This document shows, one piece after another, positions 17,917-28,076 of a stretch of 54,828 nt of DNA. The number at the start of each line of letters is the position of its first letter. Position 1 is the first letter of the stretch. The DNA lies in contig JAGBBQ010000042.1 of NCBI GenBank assembly GCA_017938425.1, positions 1 to 54,828 on the forward strand, read 5' to 3'. A program made the translations under genes and the position numbers. This DNA comes from Clostridia bacterium (lineage in GTDB: Bacteria; Bacillota; Clostridia; Oscillospirales; CAG-272). Below the pieces are notes generated by a model. The model worked only from the letters and a program-made list of their open reading frames with translations. It was not told the origin of the DNA and searched no databases.

Positions 17917-20001
17917 ATGGCAGAGCGCAGGGATTTTCTTCCCGTGAATATGCAGGACGTGATAGAAAGAGGCCTCGGACAGGTCGATTTCGTATACGTC
18001 ACGGGTGATGCGTACGTGGATCATCCGTCCTTTGGCGTTGCCATCATCAGCCGCGTGCTGGAGGCGGCGGGCTTTTCGGTCGCGATCCTCTCGCAGCCGG
18101 ACTATAGGAGCTGCGAGGATTTTCGCCGCTTCGGCCGCCCGCGTCTCGGCTTTCTCGTTACGGCGGGAAATATCGATTCGATGGTCGCGCATTACACCGT
18201 TTCCAAGAAGAAGCGCTCCTATGATTATTACAGCGCGGGCGGAAAAATGGGCAATCGCCCCGACCGTGCCGCCATCGTGTATTCCAACCGCATCCGCGAG
18301 GCATACGGCGACGTGCCGATCATTCTCGGCGGTCTGGAGGCATCGCTGCGCCGCTTTGCGCATTACGATTATTGGGATGACCGCGTGCGCCGCAGCATTC
18401 TCGTGGACTCGCGTGCGGATCTTCTGACCTACGGTATGGGAGAGAATATTCTTCTCCGCATCGCCGCGCTCCTGGATAAGGGGGTTCCGATCCGCAAGAT
18501 CCGCGACGTGCGCGGCTCTGTATACCTTGCGAAAAAGGGAGATCCCATCTTTTTTGATGCCGTGGAGATCGGGGATTACGATCTTTTGAAGAGCGATAAG
18601 GCAGCCTACGCCGCCGCATTTGCCACGCAGTACCGCAACACCGATTCGGTGCGCGGCAAGGCGGTGATCGAGTATTACGGCGATAAGATGCTGGTGCAGA
18701 ATCCCCCGATGCCGCCCCTTTCGCGCGAGGAGCTTGACAGGGTGTACGCCTTGCCCTATACGCGCGAGTATCATCCCGATTATGAGCCGCTCGGCGGCGT
18801 GCCCGCCATCACGGAGGTCAAGTTCTCCATTACGCATAACCGCGGCTGCTTCGGCGCCTGCAACTTCTGCGCCATCGCCTTCCATCAGGGGCGCGAGGTG
18901 CGCTCCCGCAGCGTGGAGAGCGTGGTCGCTGAGGCGGAGCGCATTGCCGCGATGCCGGATTTCAAGGGCTATATCAACGACGTCGGCGGTCCGACGGCGA
19001 ATTTCCGTTACCCCTCCTGCAAGCAGCAGGAGAAGAACGGTATGTGCGAGCGCCGTAAGTGCCTCGCCCCCACCCCCTGCAAAAATCTCGAGATCGATCA
19101 TAGCGAATACGCCGATATGCTCCGCAAGGTCGAGGCCGTGCCGGGCGTGAAAAAGGTATTCGTGCGCTCGGGCATCCGCTTCGACTATCTTGTCTACGAT
19201 AAGGACCCCTCCTTCTTCAAGCAGCTCGTCACGCGCCACGTTTCGGGGCAGCTGAAGGTCGCGCCCGAGCATTGCTCGGATGCGGCGCTCGCAATGATGG
19301 GCAAGCCGCCCATCGCGGTGTTTGAGAAATTCAAGGGAACCTATTTCTCACTCTGCAAAGAGGCGGGGCTTGAGCAGTACCTCGTTCCGTATCTGATGTC
19401 CTCGCATCCCGGCGCCACGATGAAGGATGCCGTGGAGATGGCGCTCTGGCTCAAAAAATGGGGCTATCTTCCCGAGCAGGTGCAGGACTTCTATCCCACA
19501 CCGGGAACGATCTCTACCGTAATGTATTATACGGGCATCCACCCGATGACGGGGAAGGCCGTGCCCGTTACCACCGATTATCACGAAAAGCAGCTGCAGC
19601 GCGCGCTGCTGCAGTTCAGCCGTCCGGAGAACGCCAACCTCGTCAGAGAGGCGCTTGCCATCGCGGGCAGGGAGGATCTGATCGGCACGGGGCCGGAGTG
19701 CCTCGTGCGCCCCGCCTTTGGCAGGGATACGAAAAATACCGCCTATAAAAAGCCCGAGGGGCATCGCGCCTCCGCCCAGGGGACGAGGCAGGGCGCAAGG
19801 AAAAAGCCCGCGCGGCCCGTGAGCGCCGCCGAGGTGAGAAAAAAGCAGACGAAGCTTTCACGCGTGTTCGGCGAGGATGCCGCGCGCATCCTTCGCGAGG
19901 CGGAGCGTATGGGTGATAAAAAACATACAAAAAGCAGCAAAAAAGCAACGCCCTCGCAGGGCGCTGTGCACAAGACGAGAGGAAAGCGCGGCGGTCGATG
20001 A
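17917..20001 (+). CDS. YgiQ-family radical SAM protein
   Basis: GDAYVDHPSFG, CFGACNFC (CxxxCxxC), VQDFYPTP; basic low-complexity tail. Confidence 0.92.
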   Translation: MAERRDFLPVNMQDVIERGLGQVDFVYVTGDAYVDHPSFGVAIISRVLEAAGFSVAILSQPDYRSCEDFRRFGRPRLGFLVTAGNIDSMVAHYTVSKKKRSYDYYSAGGKMGNRPDRAAIVYSNRIREAYGDVPIILGGLEASLRRFAHYDYWDDRVRRSILVDSRADLLTYGMGENILLRIAALLDKGVPIRKIRDVRGSVYLAKKGDPIFFDAVEIGDYDLLKSDKAAYAAAFATQYRNTDSVRGKAVIEYYGDKMLVQNPPMPPLSREELDRVYALPYTREYHPDYEPLGGVPAITEVKFSITHNRGCFGACNFCAIAFHQGREVRSRSVESVVAEAERIAAMPDFKGYINDVGGPTANFRYPSCKQQEKNGMCERRKCLAPTPCKNLEIDHSEYADMLRKVEAVPGVKKVFVRSGIRFDYLVYDKDPSFFKQLVTRHVSGQLKVAPEHCSDAALAMMGKPPIAVFEKFKGTYFSLCKEAGLEQYLVPYLMSSHPGATMKDAVEMALWLKKWGYLPEQVQDFYPTPGTISTVMYYTGIHPMTGKAVPVTTDYHEKQLQRALLQFSRPENANLVREALAIAGREDLIGTGPECLVRPAFGRDTKNTAYKKPEGHRASAQGTRQGARKKPARPVSAAEVRKKQTKLSRVFGEDAARILREAERMGDKKHTKSSKKATPSQGAVHKTRGKRGGR

Positions 20002-20166
20002 TCCGCGCGCTACGCGACCTGCGTAAGAAAAAACGCACAATCGTTCGTACAAAATACTACGGTTTTGGAGGCAAAAAATCGGGGCAGTACAGAAGGGCGC
20101 GGAAAAACGGTTTTTTTCTGGAAAAGGCTGTTTTTTGAGCAAAAGTACGGAAAAGGAGAGGAGAAG

Positions 20167-20287
20167 TTTTCCACAATGTCCACAATCACGAATGTGGAAA
20201 ACTCAGGAATTTTTTTCCTAAAGTGCCGTCTTTCATAGGTTTGTCCGTGGTGTTTTCCACATTTTCCACAGAAAATTATGTGGAAAA
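20167..20287. promoter_or_regulatory. DnaA-box cluster (six boxes arranged as two trios)
   Basis: TTTTCCACA at 20167, 20253 and 20262; ATGTCCACA at 20176; reverse TGTGGAAAA at 20193 and 20279. Five of the six match TTWTNCACA. Confidence 0.72.
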
Positions 20288-20454
20288 CCCGAATTTTCGG
20301 AAAAATTTTCAAACCCTCTTGACATTCGGGAAAAGTGCATCTTTTTTCGAATTCGGAGACGGTCGGGATGGGTGCCGGCGGAGAAAAGATTTGCCGTTTT
20401 CGGAAAAACGGTTCGCAAAAAATACGATGAAGGATCAGAACGGAAGAAAACAGA

Positions 20455-22893
20455 ATGAATACGATGAATCCGGATAAAAAGGAGCGCTATCTTGCCGCAA
20501 AGCGCCGCTTGTTTGACAAGGTGTACGGTGTAAGGCTGAACGAGCGCCAGCGAGAGGCTGTGTTTTGCGCCAAGGGGCCGCTTTTGGTGCTTGCGGGCGC
20601 GGGTAGCGGAAAGACCACCGTGCTCGTCAACCGCATCTCCTATTTAATTAAATACGGTAACGCCTATCATTCGGAGACGATCCCGCAGTCCGCGGATCTC
20701 TCTATGACGGAGGCGCTGGAGGCGGCGGCCGAGCTGTCGCTTGAGGAGATCGAAGAGATCCTGCCCGAATTCATCTCGGAGCCCTGCCCGCCCTGGGCGC
20801 TTCTCGCCTTTACCTTCACGAATAAGGCGGCGAAGGAGATAAGGGAGAGGCTGGAGCGCGTCTTTCCCGACCCCGAGGTATCCTCCTCGGTATGGACGGG
20901 CACCTTCCACTCGATCTGCCTGCGCATCCTGCGCAGATACGGCGAGCTTCTCGGCTACGCGCCGGGCTTCTCGATCTATGATACCGACGATAGCAAGCGC
21001 CTCATATCTGTTTGTATGAAGGAGCTTTCGATCGACGAGAAGCGCCTCGCACCCAAGGCGGTGCAGGGCGCGATCAGCCGTGCGAAGGATCGCCTGGAGA
21101 CCCCCGATAAATTTGAGATCGAGCGCGATCCGCGCACCAAGGAGATCCGCGAGATCTATAAGCTGTACCAGAAGAAGCTGCGCGAATACAACGCAATGGA
21201 TTTCGACGATATCATTATGCAGACGGTGCATCTTCTCGAAACCTACGAAGAGCCGCGCAGCTATTATCAGCGCAAGTTCCGCTACGTGCTCGTGGACGAG
21301 TACCAGGATACGAACTACGCGCAGTTCGTTCTGACCAAGCTTCTTTCCGACCGCGAGCGTAATATTATGGTCGTGGGAGATGACGATCAGTCGATCTATA
21401 AATTCCGCGGCGCCACGATCGAAAACATTCTGAATTTCGATAAGACCTATCCCGAGGCGCACGTGGTCAAGCTCGAGCAGAACTACCGCTCCACGGAAAA
21501 CATACTGAACGCGGCGAACGCGATCATCGGTCATAACGAGGACCGCCATCCGAAGAAGCTCTGGTCCGAGAAGGGCGCGGGCGAGCGGATCGTGATCAAG
21601 GAGACCGCCGATCAGATCGACGAGGGGCGCTACATCATCGAAACCATCAATAAGCACCGTGTGGAGCACGGCAGAAAATACAGCGATTACGCCATCCTTT
21701 ACCGCGTGAACGAGCTTGCGCGCTCCCTGGAGACGACCTTCACCAAGAGCGGTATTCCGTACCGCATTCTCGGCGGCCAGCGCTTCTATGACCGCAAGGA
21801 GATCCGCGATATGCTCGCGTATCTGACGGTTGCCTGCACGCCGAGGGACGATCTGCGCTTGAAGCGTATCATCAACGAGCCGAAGCGCGGCATCGGCGCG
21901 ACCACGGTCGAGGCGGTCGAGCAGCTCGCGAAGGAAAACGGTCTCAGTATGTACGAGGTGATGGCGAAGGCCGAGAGCTACACCGCACTTGCACGGTCTG
22001 CGGCGAAGCTTTCCGAGTTTGTGCGCAGCATTGACCGCATCAAGGAGGGGAAGTCGCTTCCCTCCGAGCTTCTGACGGCGCTGTTCGAGGAAACGGGCTA
22101 TAAGCAGATGCTTGTTGCCGAGGGCTTTGAGGGCGAGGGCAGGATCCAGAACGTGGAGGAATTCGTTGCCGCCGCCATTGAGTACGAGAAGAGGCAGAAC
22201 GAGCAGGGGGAGGAGATCTCTCTCTCAGGCTTCCTCGAGGAGATCGCGCTCGTCAGCGACGTGGATAAGTACGATGAGAATGCGGATGCCGTTGTAATGA
22301 TGACGGTGCATTCCGCAAAGGGACTTGAATTTCCCGTGGTATTTCTTGCGGGAATGGAGGATGGGCTCTTCCCATCGCAGTCGAATATGAGCGAGCCTGC
22401 CGAGATGAGCGAGGAGCGCCGCCTCTGCTACGTTGCGATCACGCGCGCCAAGGACGAGCTCTTCATCACCTACGCCAAGAACCGTATGATGTACGGTAGA
22501 ACGGCGTATGGCAATCTTTCCTGCTTTATCCGCGATGAGGTGCCCGAGGAGCTGACGGTGCGTCCGAAGCCTCGCTTCGTGCCGCCGCGCGGCACGGCAC
22601 AGCCGGCGCAGGCGAAGAAATACGCCGGGGGCGCCTCCTTTGGCGGCACGGCCTTCGGCGAGATGAACCGTAAGGCGTTCGGCGGCACCTCCGCAAGGCC
22701 GCAGAGCGCAGGCCCGAAGAGCTTCGGCGTCGAAAAGCTGCCGATCGGCACGCGCGTGCGCCACGCCGCCTTCGGCGAGGGCACGATCACCTTCGCCAAG
22801 GATATGGGCGGTGACGTTCTTTACCAGGTGCGCTTTGACAGCGGAACGGAGAAAAAGCTGATGGCGACCTTCGCTAAGCTCCAAAAAATATAA
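20455..22893 (+). CDS. pcrA: ATP-dependent DNA helicase PcrA/UvrD
   Basis: AGAGSGKT, FTNKAA, VDEYQD, GDDDQSIY, HSAKGLEF, EERRLCYVAITRA and a C-terminal Tudor-like domain. Confidence 0.96.
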   Translation: MNTMNPDKKERYLAAKRRLFDKVYGVRLNERQREAVFCAKGPLLVLAGAGSGKTTVLVNRISYLIKYGNAYHSETIPQSADLSMTEALEAAAELSLEEIEEILPEFISEPCPPWALLAFTFTNKAAKEIRERLERVFPDPEVSSSVWTGTFHSICLRILRRYGELLGYAPGFSIYDTDDSKRLISVCMKELSIDEKRLAPKAVQGAISRAKDRLETPDKFEIERDPRTKEIREIYKLYQKKLREYNAMDFDDIIMQTVHLLETYEEPRSYYQRKFRYVLVDEYQDTNYAQFVLTKLLSDRERNIMVVGDDDQSIYKFRGATIENILNFDKTYPEAHVVKLEQNYRSTENILNAANAIIGHNEDRHPKKLWSEKGAGERIVIKETADQIDEGRYIIETINKHRVEHGRKYSDYAILYRVNELARSLETTFTKSGIPYRILGGQRFYDRKEIRDMLAYLTVACTPRDDLRLKRIINEPKRGIGATTVEAVEQLAKENGLSMYEVMAKAESYTALARSAAKLSEFVRSIDRIKEGKSLPSELLTALFEETGYKQMLVAEGFEGEGRIQNVEEFVAAAIEYEKRQNEQGEEISLSGFLEEIALVSDVDKYDENADAVVMMTVHSAKGLEFPVVFLAGMEDGLFPSQSNMSEPAEMSEERRLCYVAITRAKDELFITYAKNRMMYGRTAYGNLSCFIRDEVPEELTVRPKPRFVPPRGTAQPAQAKKYAGGASFGGTAFGEMNRKAFGGTSARPQSAGPKSFGVEKLPIGTRVRHAAFGEGTITFAKDMGGDVLYQVRFDSGTEKKLMATFAKLQKI

Positions 22894-22916
22894 GAAAATA
22901 AAGAAAAGAGAACAAA

Positions 22917-23573
22917 ATGGAAATCAAGGCTTGTATCTTCGATCTCGACGGCACGCTTCTGAATACGCTATCGACCATTACCTATTACGTAAACGCCGCG
23001 CTTGCACGCATCGGCGCGCGTGCGATCTCCGAGGAGGAGTGCCGCGGTCTCGTCGGCAAGGGTGCGCGAAACCTTCTGGAGCGCGCGCTGTGTCTTGTCG
23101 GGTGCGAGGTCGCGGATTTTGAAGCCTTCCTTCACGGATACGATGCACATTATAACTCGGATCCCGCTTATCTCACGGCGCCCTACGAGGGGATCGAGCC
23201 GCTGATCGATGTGCTTTACAAAAGCGGTATGCGCATCGCTGTGCTTTCCAACAAGCCCGAGGGCGCGGCAAAGCCCTTGGTGGAAAGGTATTTCGGCAAT
23301 AAGATCTCCGTTGTTTCGGGCGGCAAGCCGGGCGCGATCCTGAAGCCCGATGCGGGAGCGGTCGCACCCATCCTTGCCTCGTTTGGCGTCAAGGCCGAGC
23401 AGACCGCCTTTATCGGTGATAGCGGCGTGGATATGCAAACCGCGAAGAATTACGGTGCTGCCAAGGGCATCGGCGTTCTCTGGGGCTTTCGCGATGCCGG
23501 AGAGCTTCTTTCCTGCGGTGCCGATCTTCTTGCGGCGCAGCCCTCGGATATTCTGAAAGCACTGAATATTTGA
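22917..23573 (+). CDS. HAD-family phosphatase (Gph-like)
   Basis: FDLDGTL, SNK, KP and GDSGVD motifs. Confidence 0.9.
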   Translation: MEIKACIFDLDGTLLNTLSTITYYVNAALARIGARAISEEECRGLVGKGARNLLERALCLVGCEVADFEAFLHGYDAHYNSDPAYLTAPYEGIEPLIDVLYKSGMRIAVLSNKPEGAAKPLVERYFGNKISVVSGGKPGAILKPDAGAVAPILASFGVKAEQTAFIGDSGVDMQTAKNYGAAKGIGVLWGFRDAGELLSCGADLLAAQPSDILKALNI

Positions 23574-23635
23574 TATTTCCTTCCTCTAAAATGTAATAAA
23601 ACAAAGAAAATGTTCTTTTAAGGAACGAAGGCATA

Positions 23636-23672
23636 TAAAAAATCCTCAGCCCATCGGTTGAGGATTTTTTTG
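23636..23672. terminator. Bidirectional terminator
   Basis: AAAAAATCCTCAGCC-CATC-GGTTGAGGATTTTTTT. Confidence 0.8.
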
Positions 23673-23673
23673 T

Positions 23674-24429
23674 TTAAACGTATTTTTCGATCTTCAGATT
23701 GAGCTTTCCTTTTTTTGAAAGCGAGGCAGGGCCGCCGTAGATAAAGCGCCCCTTGGTGCGAACGCTGATCCGCTCACCGACCTTTGGCGCATAGGAGGTG
23801 CTCCCGATCAGAACGCCGTCGGCATAGACGAGGCCCTTATCGAAATACCCCTGCGCCTCCTCTCTCGAAAGAGAGAAGACCTTGGCGACGATCGCATCCA
23901 GTCTTTCGCTCTGCACCTGTACGGTCACGGTCTCGGTTTGGAAGAGCTGCCCCTCGGGGATCTCATCCACACGGCTGACGGTGACGGCGGTCCGCTTGAC
24001 AGCGGTCAGCGAGGTAAGGATATGCTCTGCCATTTTTTCCTCGCAAAAGAGGTAGCCTTCGTTTTCGAAGATCGGAATATCGCCGATCATCTCACGCTTG
24101 AAGCCGAGATTCATCAGCGCTCCGAGAAAATCGCGGTGCGTCAGCTTATCCGCAAACCTTTGCGACTTCGGCGCGATCCGCAGGCACACGATGGGGAAGG
24201 GCTCCTCCCAGCCGATCGCCTCGGGATCTCCGAAGCGTGCCATCACTCTTTCGCAGCCCTCGGCACCGCCGAAGAGCGTCACGTGGCTTTGCGAATAGCC
24301 CTTGACGGCTTTTTTTAACACCGTCTGCTCGGCAAGCCCCAAAAAGTCGGAAAAGGTAAAAATATCTCTTTCAAAGCTTTTTCTGCAAAGCTCGGAAAGA
24401 CGCCCCTCTAAGAGTGCATCCTCGTTCAT
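23674..24429 (-). CDS. ylmH: YlmH-family S4 RNA-binding protein
   Basis: HRDFLGALMNLG, GDI, and a C-terminal S4 domain (RLDAIV...ISVRTKGR). Confidence 0.88.
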   Translation of the reverse strand: MNEDALLEGRLSELCRKSFERDIFTFSDFLGLAEQTVLKKAVKGYSQSHVTLFGGAEGCERVMARFGDPEAIGWEEPFPIVCLRIAPKSQRFADKLTHRDFLGALMNLGFKREMIGDIPIFENEGYLFCEEKMAEHILTSLTAVKRTAVTVSRVDEIPEGQLFQTETVTVQVQSERLDAIVAKVFSLSREEAQGYFDKGLVYADGVLIGSTSYAPKVGERISVRTKGRFIYGGPASLSKKGKLNLKIEKYV

Positions 24430-25178
24430 TACAGAAGCGTGTCCACGGGGAAGAGGATCTTCAGCTGATTGATCTTGCTCTCATATGCCTTTTGCTGCTT
24501 CTGGGAGAGAAGCTGCGCGGAAAGCCTTTCCTTCACCTGCTCGAAGGGAAGGGTCTGTCCTTCGTTTTTGCTGTTGAGCTTGATAAGGTGATAGCCGAAC
24601 TGCGTCTTTACGGGCTCCTTCGTGATCTCGCCGACCGTCATGGAGAATACGGCGTTGTCAAATTCGGGTACCATCTGTCCGCGCGTAAAATCGCCGAGCG
24701 AGCCGCCGTTTTCCTTAGAGGGGCAGGTCGAGTGCTCCTTTGCCGCATCCTCGAAGCTGACCTCGCCGTCCTCGATCTTCGCGAGGATCTCCCTTGCAAG
24801 CTCCTCGCTCTCCACGAGAATGTGGCTCGCGTTTACGCTCTCGGGAGAAACGAACTTCTCCTTATTCTCATTGTAGTATGCCTCTACCTCGCTGTCCGCA
24901 ATGCGAACGCCGCTGATCACCTTCTCGAAGGCGTAGCTCGTCAGCAGGTTCTCCTTCGCCTTCTTGAGCTGCTCCTTGAAGGCGGGCTCTGCCTCGTAGA
25001 GGTTCTTCATTGCCTCGAGATAGAGGAGCTTCTGGTTGATAAGCTCGGTGAGCACGGCCTTATGTCCCTCGGGATTGTCGTAGGCCTGTCCGTTCTTTCC
25101 CATGCTGCGAAGGAATTCCTTCACCTCTGCCTCGGTAATGGCAAAGCCGTTTACCTTTGCTAAAATCTTGTTTTCCAT
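24429..25178 (-). CDS. Parvulin-type peptidyl-prolyl isomerase (PrsA-like, no signal peptide)
   Basis: ASHILV, FEDAAKEHSTCPS, GGSLG and TQFGYHLI. Confidence 0.9.
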   Translation of the reverse strand: MENKILAKVNGFAITEAEVKEFLRSMGKNGQAYDNPEGHKAVLTELINQKLLYLEAMKNLYEAEPAFKEQLKKAKENLLTSYAFEKVISGVRIADSEVEAYYNENKEKFVSPESVNASHILVESEELAREILAKIEDGEVSFEDAAKEHSTCPSKENGGSLGDFTRGQMVPEFDNAVFSMTVGEITKEPVKTQFGYHLIKLNSKNEGQTLPFEQVKERLSAQLLSQKQQKAYESKINQLKILFPVDTLL

Positions 25179-25219
25179 AAAATATCTCCTATATTGTAAA
25201 TAATTATTTTCATTTAAAT

Positions 25220-26572
25220 CTACGGATTGCGAAGTCCTTTTGGATAATGGTTTTTGAGCCGCCCTGCAGAGACCTTGCCGCCGCCGAGAGAAAGAGGACC
25301 GTAGAAGACGGCGCAGAAGCCATCCTCCGTATCCGTCCCCAGCTCCTCACCGTGCAGATAGCGCATTGCCTCGCTCTCGCTCAGCGTTGCTTTTCTGAAA
25401 AAGCAGTCTCCGAGCGCAGAGAATAGCTGATGGTGCGGCACGAGCCGTCCCTTTTCCACGCGCCCGAGGCAAACACCGCTTGCGAATACCGCTCTCGGCG
25501 GCACGGTCTGCTCCTTTTTCAGCGCGCAAAGCGTGTCTCCCACGCGGCGGATGTGCATATCCTCGGGAAGGCGAAGCGCCTTCTTTATAAAATCATCGAT
25601 CGCACGTTGCTCCTCTTTTGTCGGGGGAAGGGCCGCATCTTTGTAAAGTATTCTTGGCATATCATCGGTTTTTCTTTGCATCAGAGCAACGAATTGCCCC
25701 TCACCCCTCGAAATATGCGGATAAAATCTTCGACAAAGACGGAGAGGAATATCCTCTGCATTCGCAAGTGCAATGCCGTCCGCGGTCGCAAGCCTTAAGG
25801 CATCGTTTACCTCGGCCAGCCGATAGTCGGGATGCGCGCGCAAAAAACGCACCACGGTCTGTTCGTTTTCCTCGGTCGAGAAGGTGCAGGTGGAGTAGAG
25901 AAGATAGCCGCCGTCGCGAACGCAGCCCGCCGCGTTTTCGAGGATCGAAGCCTGCCTTTCGGCACAGCTTTTCACGCCCTCCTCACTCCATTCGTCGCAC
26001 GCCGCCTCGTTTTTGCGGAACATCCCCTCGCCGGAGCAGGGGGCGTCCACCACCACGGCGTCAAAATAAGCGGAAAACCATTTTTTGCAGTCGCTCGTAT
26101 CCGTGGAGGTAACGACGGCGTTTGTTACGCCGAGCCGCTCGAGATTGCCGACGAGGATCTTAGCGCGCGCGGTCACGTATTCGTTGGAATAGAGCATTCC
26201 CTCCTCGCCGATCGCGGCGGCAAGCTGCGCGCTCTTTCCGCCGGGGGCGGCGCAGAGATCGAGAACGCGCATTCCTTTTTCGAGCGGCAGGGCGTTCACG
26301 GCGCTCATAGCACCGGGATCCTGCACGTAAATACCGCCGCCGTGATGCAGAGGTGAATGACCGATGCGCTCCTCGTCAAAAATATATCCGTCCGCATCGT
26401 AGGAAAGCGGCGTAAGGGGGAAGGGGCAGAGTGCCGCCGCATCCGTATCCTTTGCCTTGATGCGGTTGATGCGCAGAGCGCGCACGGGATCCTTTTCCAT
26501 CGCGAGAAAGAAGGCGTCGGCCTCTGCGCCGAGAAGCGCTTGCATTCGTTTTTTGAAATTTATTGGCAGCAC
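25220..26572 (-). CDS. RsmF/NOP2-family rRNA m5C methyltransferase
   Basis: DLCAAPGGKS, DAPCSGEGMFRK, YSTCTF and KNHYPKGLR. Confidence 0.92.
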   Translation of the reverse strand: MLPINFKKRMQALLGAEADAFFLAMEKDPVRALRINRIKAKDTDAAALCPFPLTPLSYDADGYIFDEERIGHSPLHHGGGIYVQDPGAMSAVNALPLEKGMRVLDLCAAPGGKSAQLAAAIGEEGMLYSNEYVTARAKILVGNLERLGVTNAVVTSTDTSDCKKWFSAYFDAVVVDAPCSGEGMFRKNEAACDEWSEEGVKSCAERQASILENAAGCVRDGGYLLYSTCTFSTEENEQTVVRFLRAHPDYRLAEVNDALRLATADGIALANAEDIPLRLCRRFYPHISRGEGQFVALMQRKTDDMPRILYKDAALPPTKEEQRAIDDFIKKALRLPEDMHIRRVGDTLCALKKEQTVPPRAVFASGVCLGRVEKGRLVPHHQLFSALGDCFFRKATLSESEAMRYLHGEELGTDTEDGFCAVFYGPLSLGGGKVSAGRLKNHYPKGLRNP

Positions 26573-26591
26573 GGCCGATCCTCCTTTTTAT

Positions 26592-27791
26592 TTATTCTGT
26601 AACGCTGAATTCTGTGTTGACGTAATCGAGATTTTCGATGTTCTTGATATAAGGCTCTTTGATACCCTTCACGCGTACGTTTTCAAACCGCACGTTTCGA
26701 AAGGGGCTCTCGGGCAAGCCGCAAAGAAAAAGACCGCGCCCGGCCACGGTTTCGGCTGTAATATTCTTAAAGACAATGTTTTCTACCGAAGGAGTTCCTT
26801 CGTTGATCGGCATCCTTTGGTCGGCATCGAAGGTTTCTTGTGCATAAAATCCATCCATATAGATCGCACCTCTGTACCATAGGCAGTCCGTGTGTTCGGT
26901 GCTCTCGTTTTTATGCGTACAGTCCTCATAGACGATATTACGGATATAGCCGCCGCGGCCGCGTGGCGGCTTGATGCTCGCTACGCTGAAGGTGTTTTCA
27001 AAAACGCAGTTTCTGACGGTTACGTTTTCAACGCCGCCGCTCATTTCGCTTCCGATGGCAACGCCGAACCCGCTTGTGAAACGGCAGTTTTCAATCAGAA
27101 TATCCTTGGAGGGAAGACCGCCCCTGCGCCCCTCGGTATCTCGGCCGCATTTGATGGCAATGCAATCATCCTCACTTCCGATCAAACAATCCTGCACTTT
27201 TACTCGGGTGCAGGAATCAAGATCCAAGCCATCTCCGTTAAACATATGACACTGATTGCCATTCTCGTCATATTTTGTATAGATCTGTACGTTCTCGATA
27301 GCAACATCGTTGCAGTAGATCAGATGCAGGCACCAAGCGGGAGATTGACGGATCGTAACTCCGCGGATCACAACGCCCTCTGCGTTTCGGAGGCAAACGG
27401 CTCTGCCGCGTTTGCCGGCGTTTTCGCCTCGCTCGGCCTCGTAAAGCGCCATGCCGCCGCCGTGAATTACGCCTTCGCCGAGGATGCTGATGTTTTTATG
27501 CGGCGCGCTGTCCGTGTTGATCAAGCTTGCATAGCATAACTGCTCTTTTCCCTCGTAGCGATACGTCATCAAGGGAAAATCTCTTGGATCGGTGCTGGCA
27601 TAAAGCTCTGCGCCGGGCATAAAACGAAGTGTCATGTCGCTTTTGAGAAAGAGCGCTCCCGAAAGAAAACGCCCCTTTGGAATTACGACTTCGCCGCCAT
27701 GGGGGCACAGATCAATGGCACGTTGGATTGCTGTCGTTGCGAGCGTTTTTCCATCGGCAATTGCACCGTGATCGGTGACTTGGATTCTCAT
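26592..27791 (-). CDS. GH28 polygalacturonase-family glycoside hydrolase
   Basis: NGDG, EDDCIAIKCG and AIGSEMSGG; beta-helix repeats. The usual His and RIK motifs appear altered (SGFG, SIK). Confidence 0.85.
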   Translation of the reverse strand: MRIQVTDHGAIADGKTLATTAIQRAIDLCPHGGEVVIPKGRFLSGALFLKSDMTLRFMPGAELYASTDPRDFPLMTYRYEGKEQLCYASLINTDSAPHKNISILGEGVIHGGGMALYEAERGENAGKRGRAVCLRNAEGVVIRGVTIRQSPAWCLHLIYCNDVAIENVQIYTKYDENGNQCHMFNGDGLDLDSCTRVKVQDCLIGSEDDCIAIKCGRDTEGRRGGLPSKDILIENCRFTSGFGVAIGSEMSGGVENVTVRNCVFENTFSVASIKPPRGRGGYIRNIVYEDCTHKNESTEHTDCLWYRGAIYMDGFYAQETFDADQRMPINEGTPSVENIVFKNITAETVAGRGLFLCGLPESPFRNVRFENVRVKGIKEPYIKNIENLDYVNTEFSVTE

Positions 27792-27923
27792 TTTGAACAG
27801 TCTCCTGTTATTTCATTTATAAAAGTATATCATTCCTCGTGCTGTTTGTCAAGAGCACTTTTTGTGCGCGAAGCTGCCTTTTTTTGCTTCTTTTCTGCAC
27901 ATATTTTGGCATTTTTTGTCTGA

Positions 27924-27984
27924 CTCTCTTCTGAGGAGAGTGATTCTCTCCCCGGAAGAGAGTGCACTTCTCTGTTTTGGAGAA
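27924..27984. promoter_or_regulatory. Array of three 17-bp palindromes YTCTC-N7-GAGAR at a 22-bp period between divergent sigmaA promoters
   Basis: CTCTCttctgagGAGAG (27924), CTCTCcccggaaGAGAG (27946), TTCTCtgttttgGAGAA (27968). Flanking promoters: TTGACT-17-TAAAAT at 28005 (+) and TTGACA-17-TATACT at about 27852 (-). Confidence 0.6.
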
Positions 27985-28076
27985 GCTTCCGGGGGGGCAA
28001 AAACTTGACTTTAAAGCCAAAAAGTGGTAAAATACACTTGGATGCGCCAAGCGGCGCAAAGAAAGGAAAATACTTT

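Noticed and set aside
20010-20455. oriC
   Set aside because: No dnaA, dnaN or gidA neighbours and no evident DnaA-trio/unwinding element. Kept as a DnaA-box cluster only.
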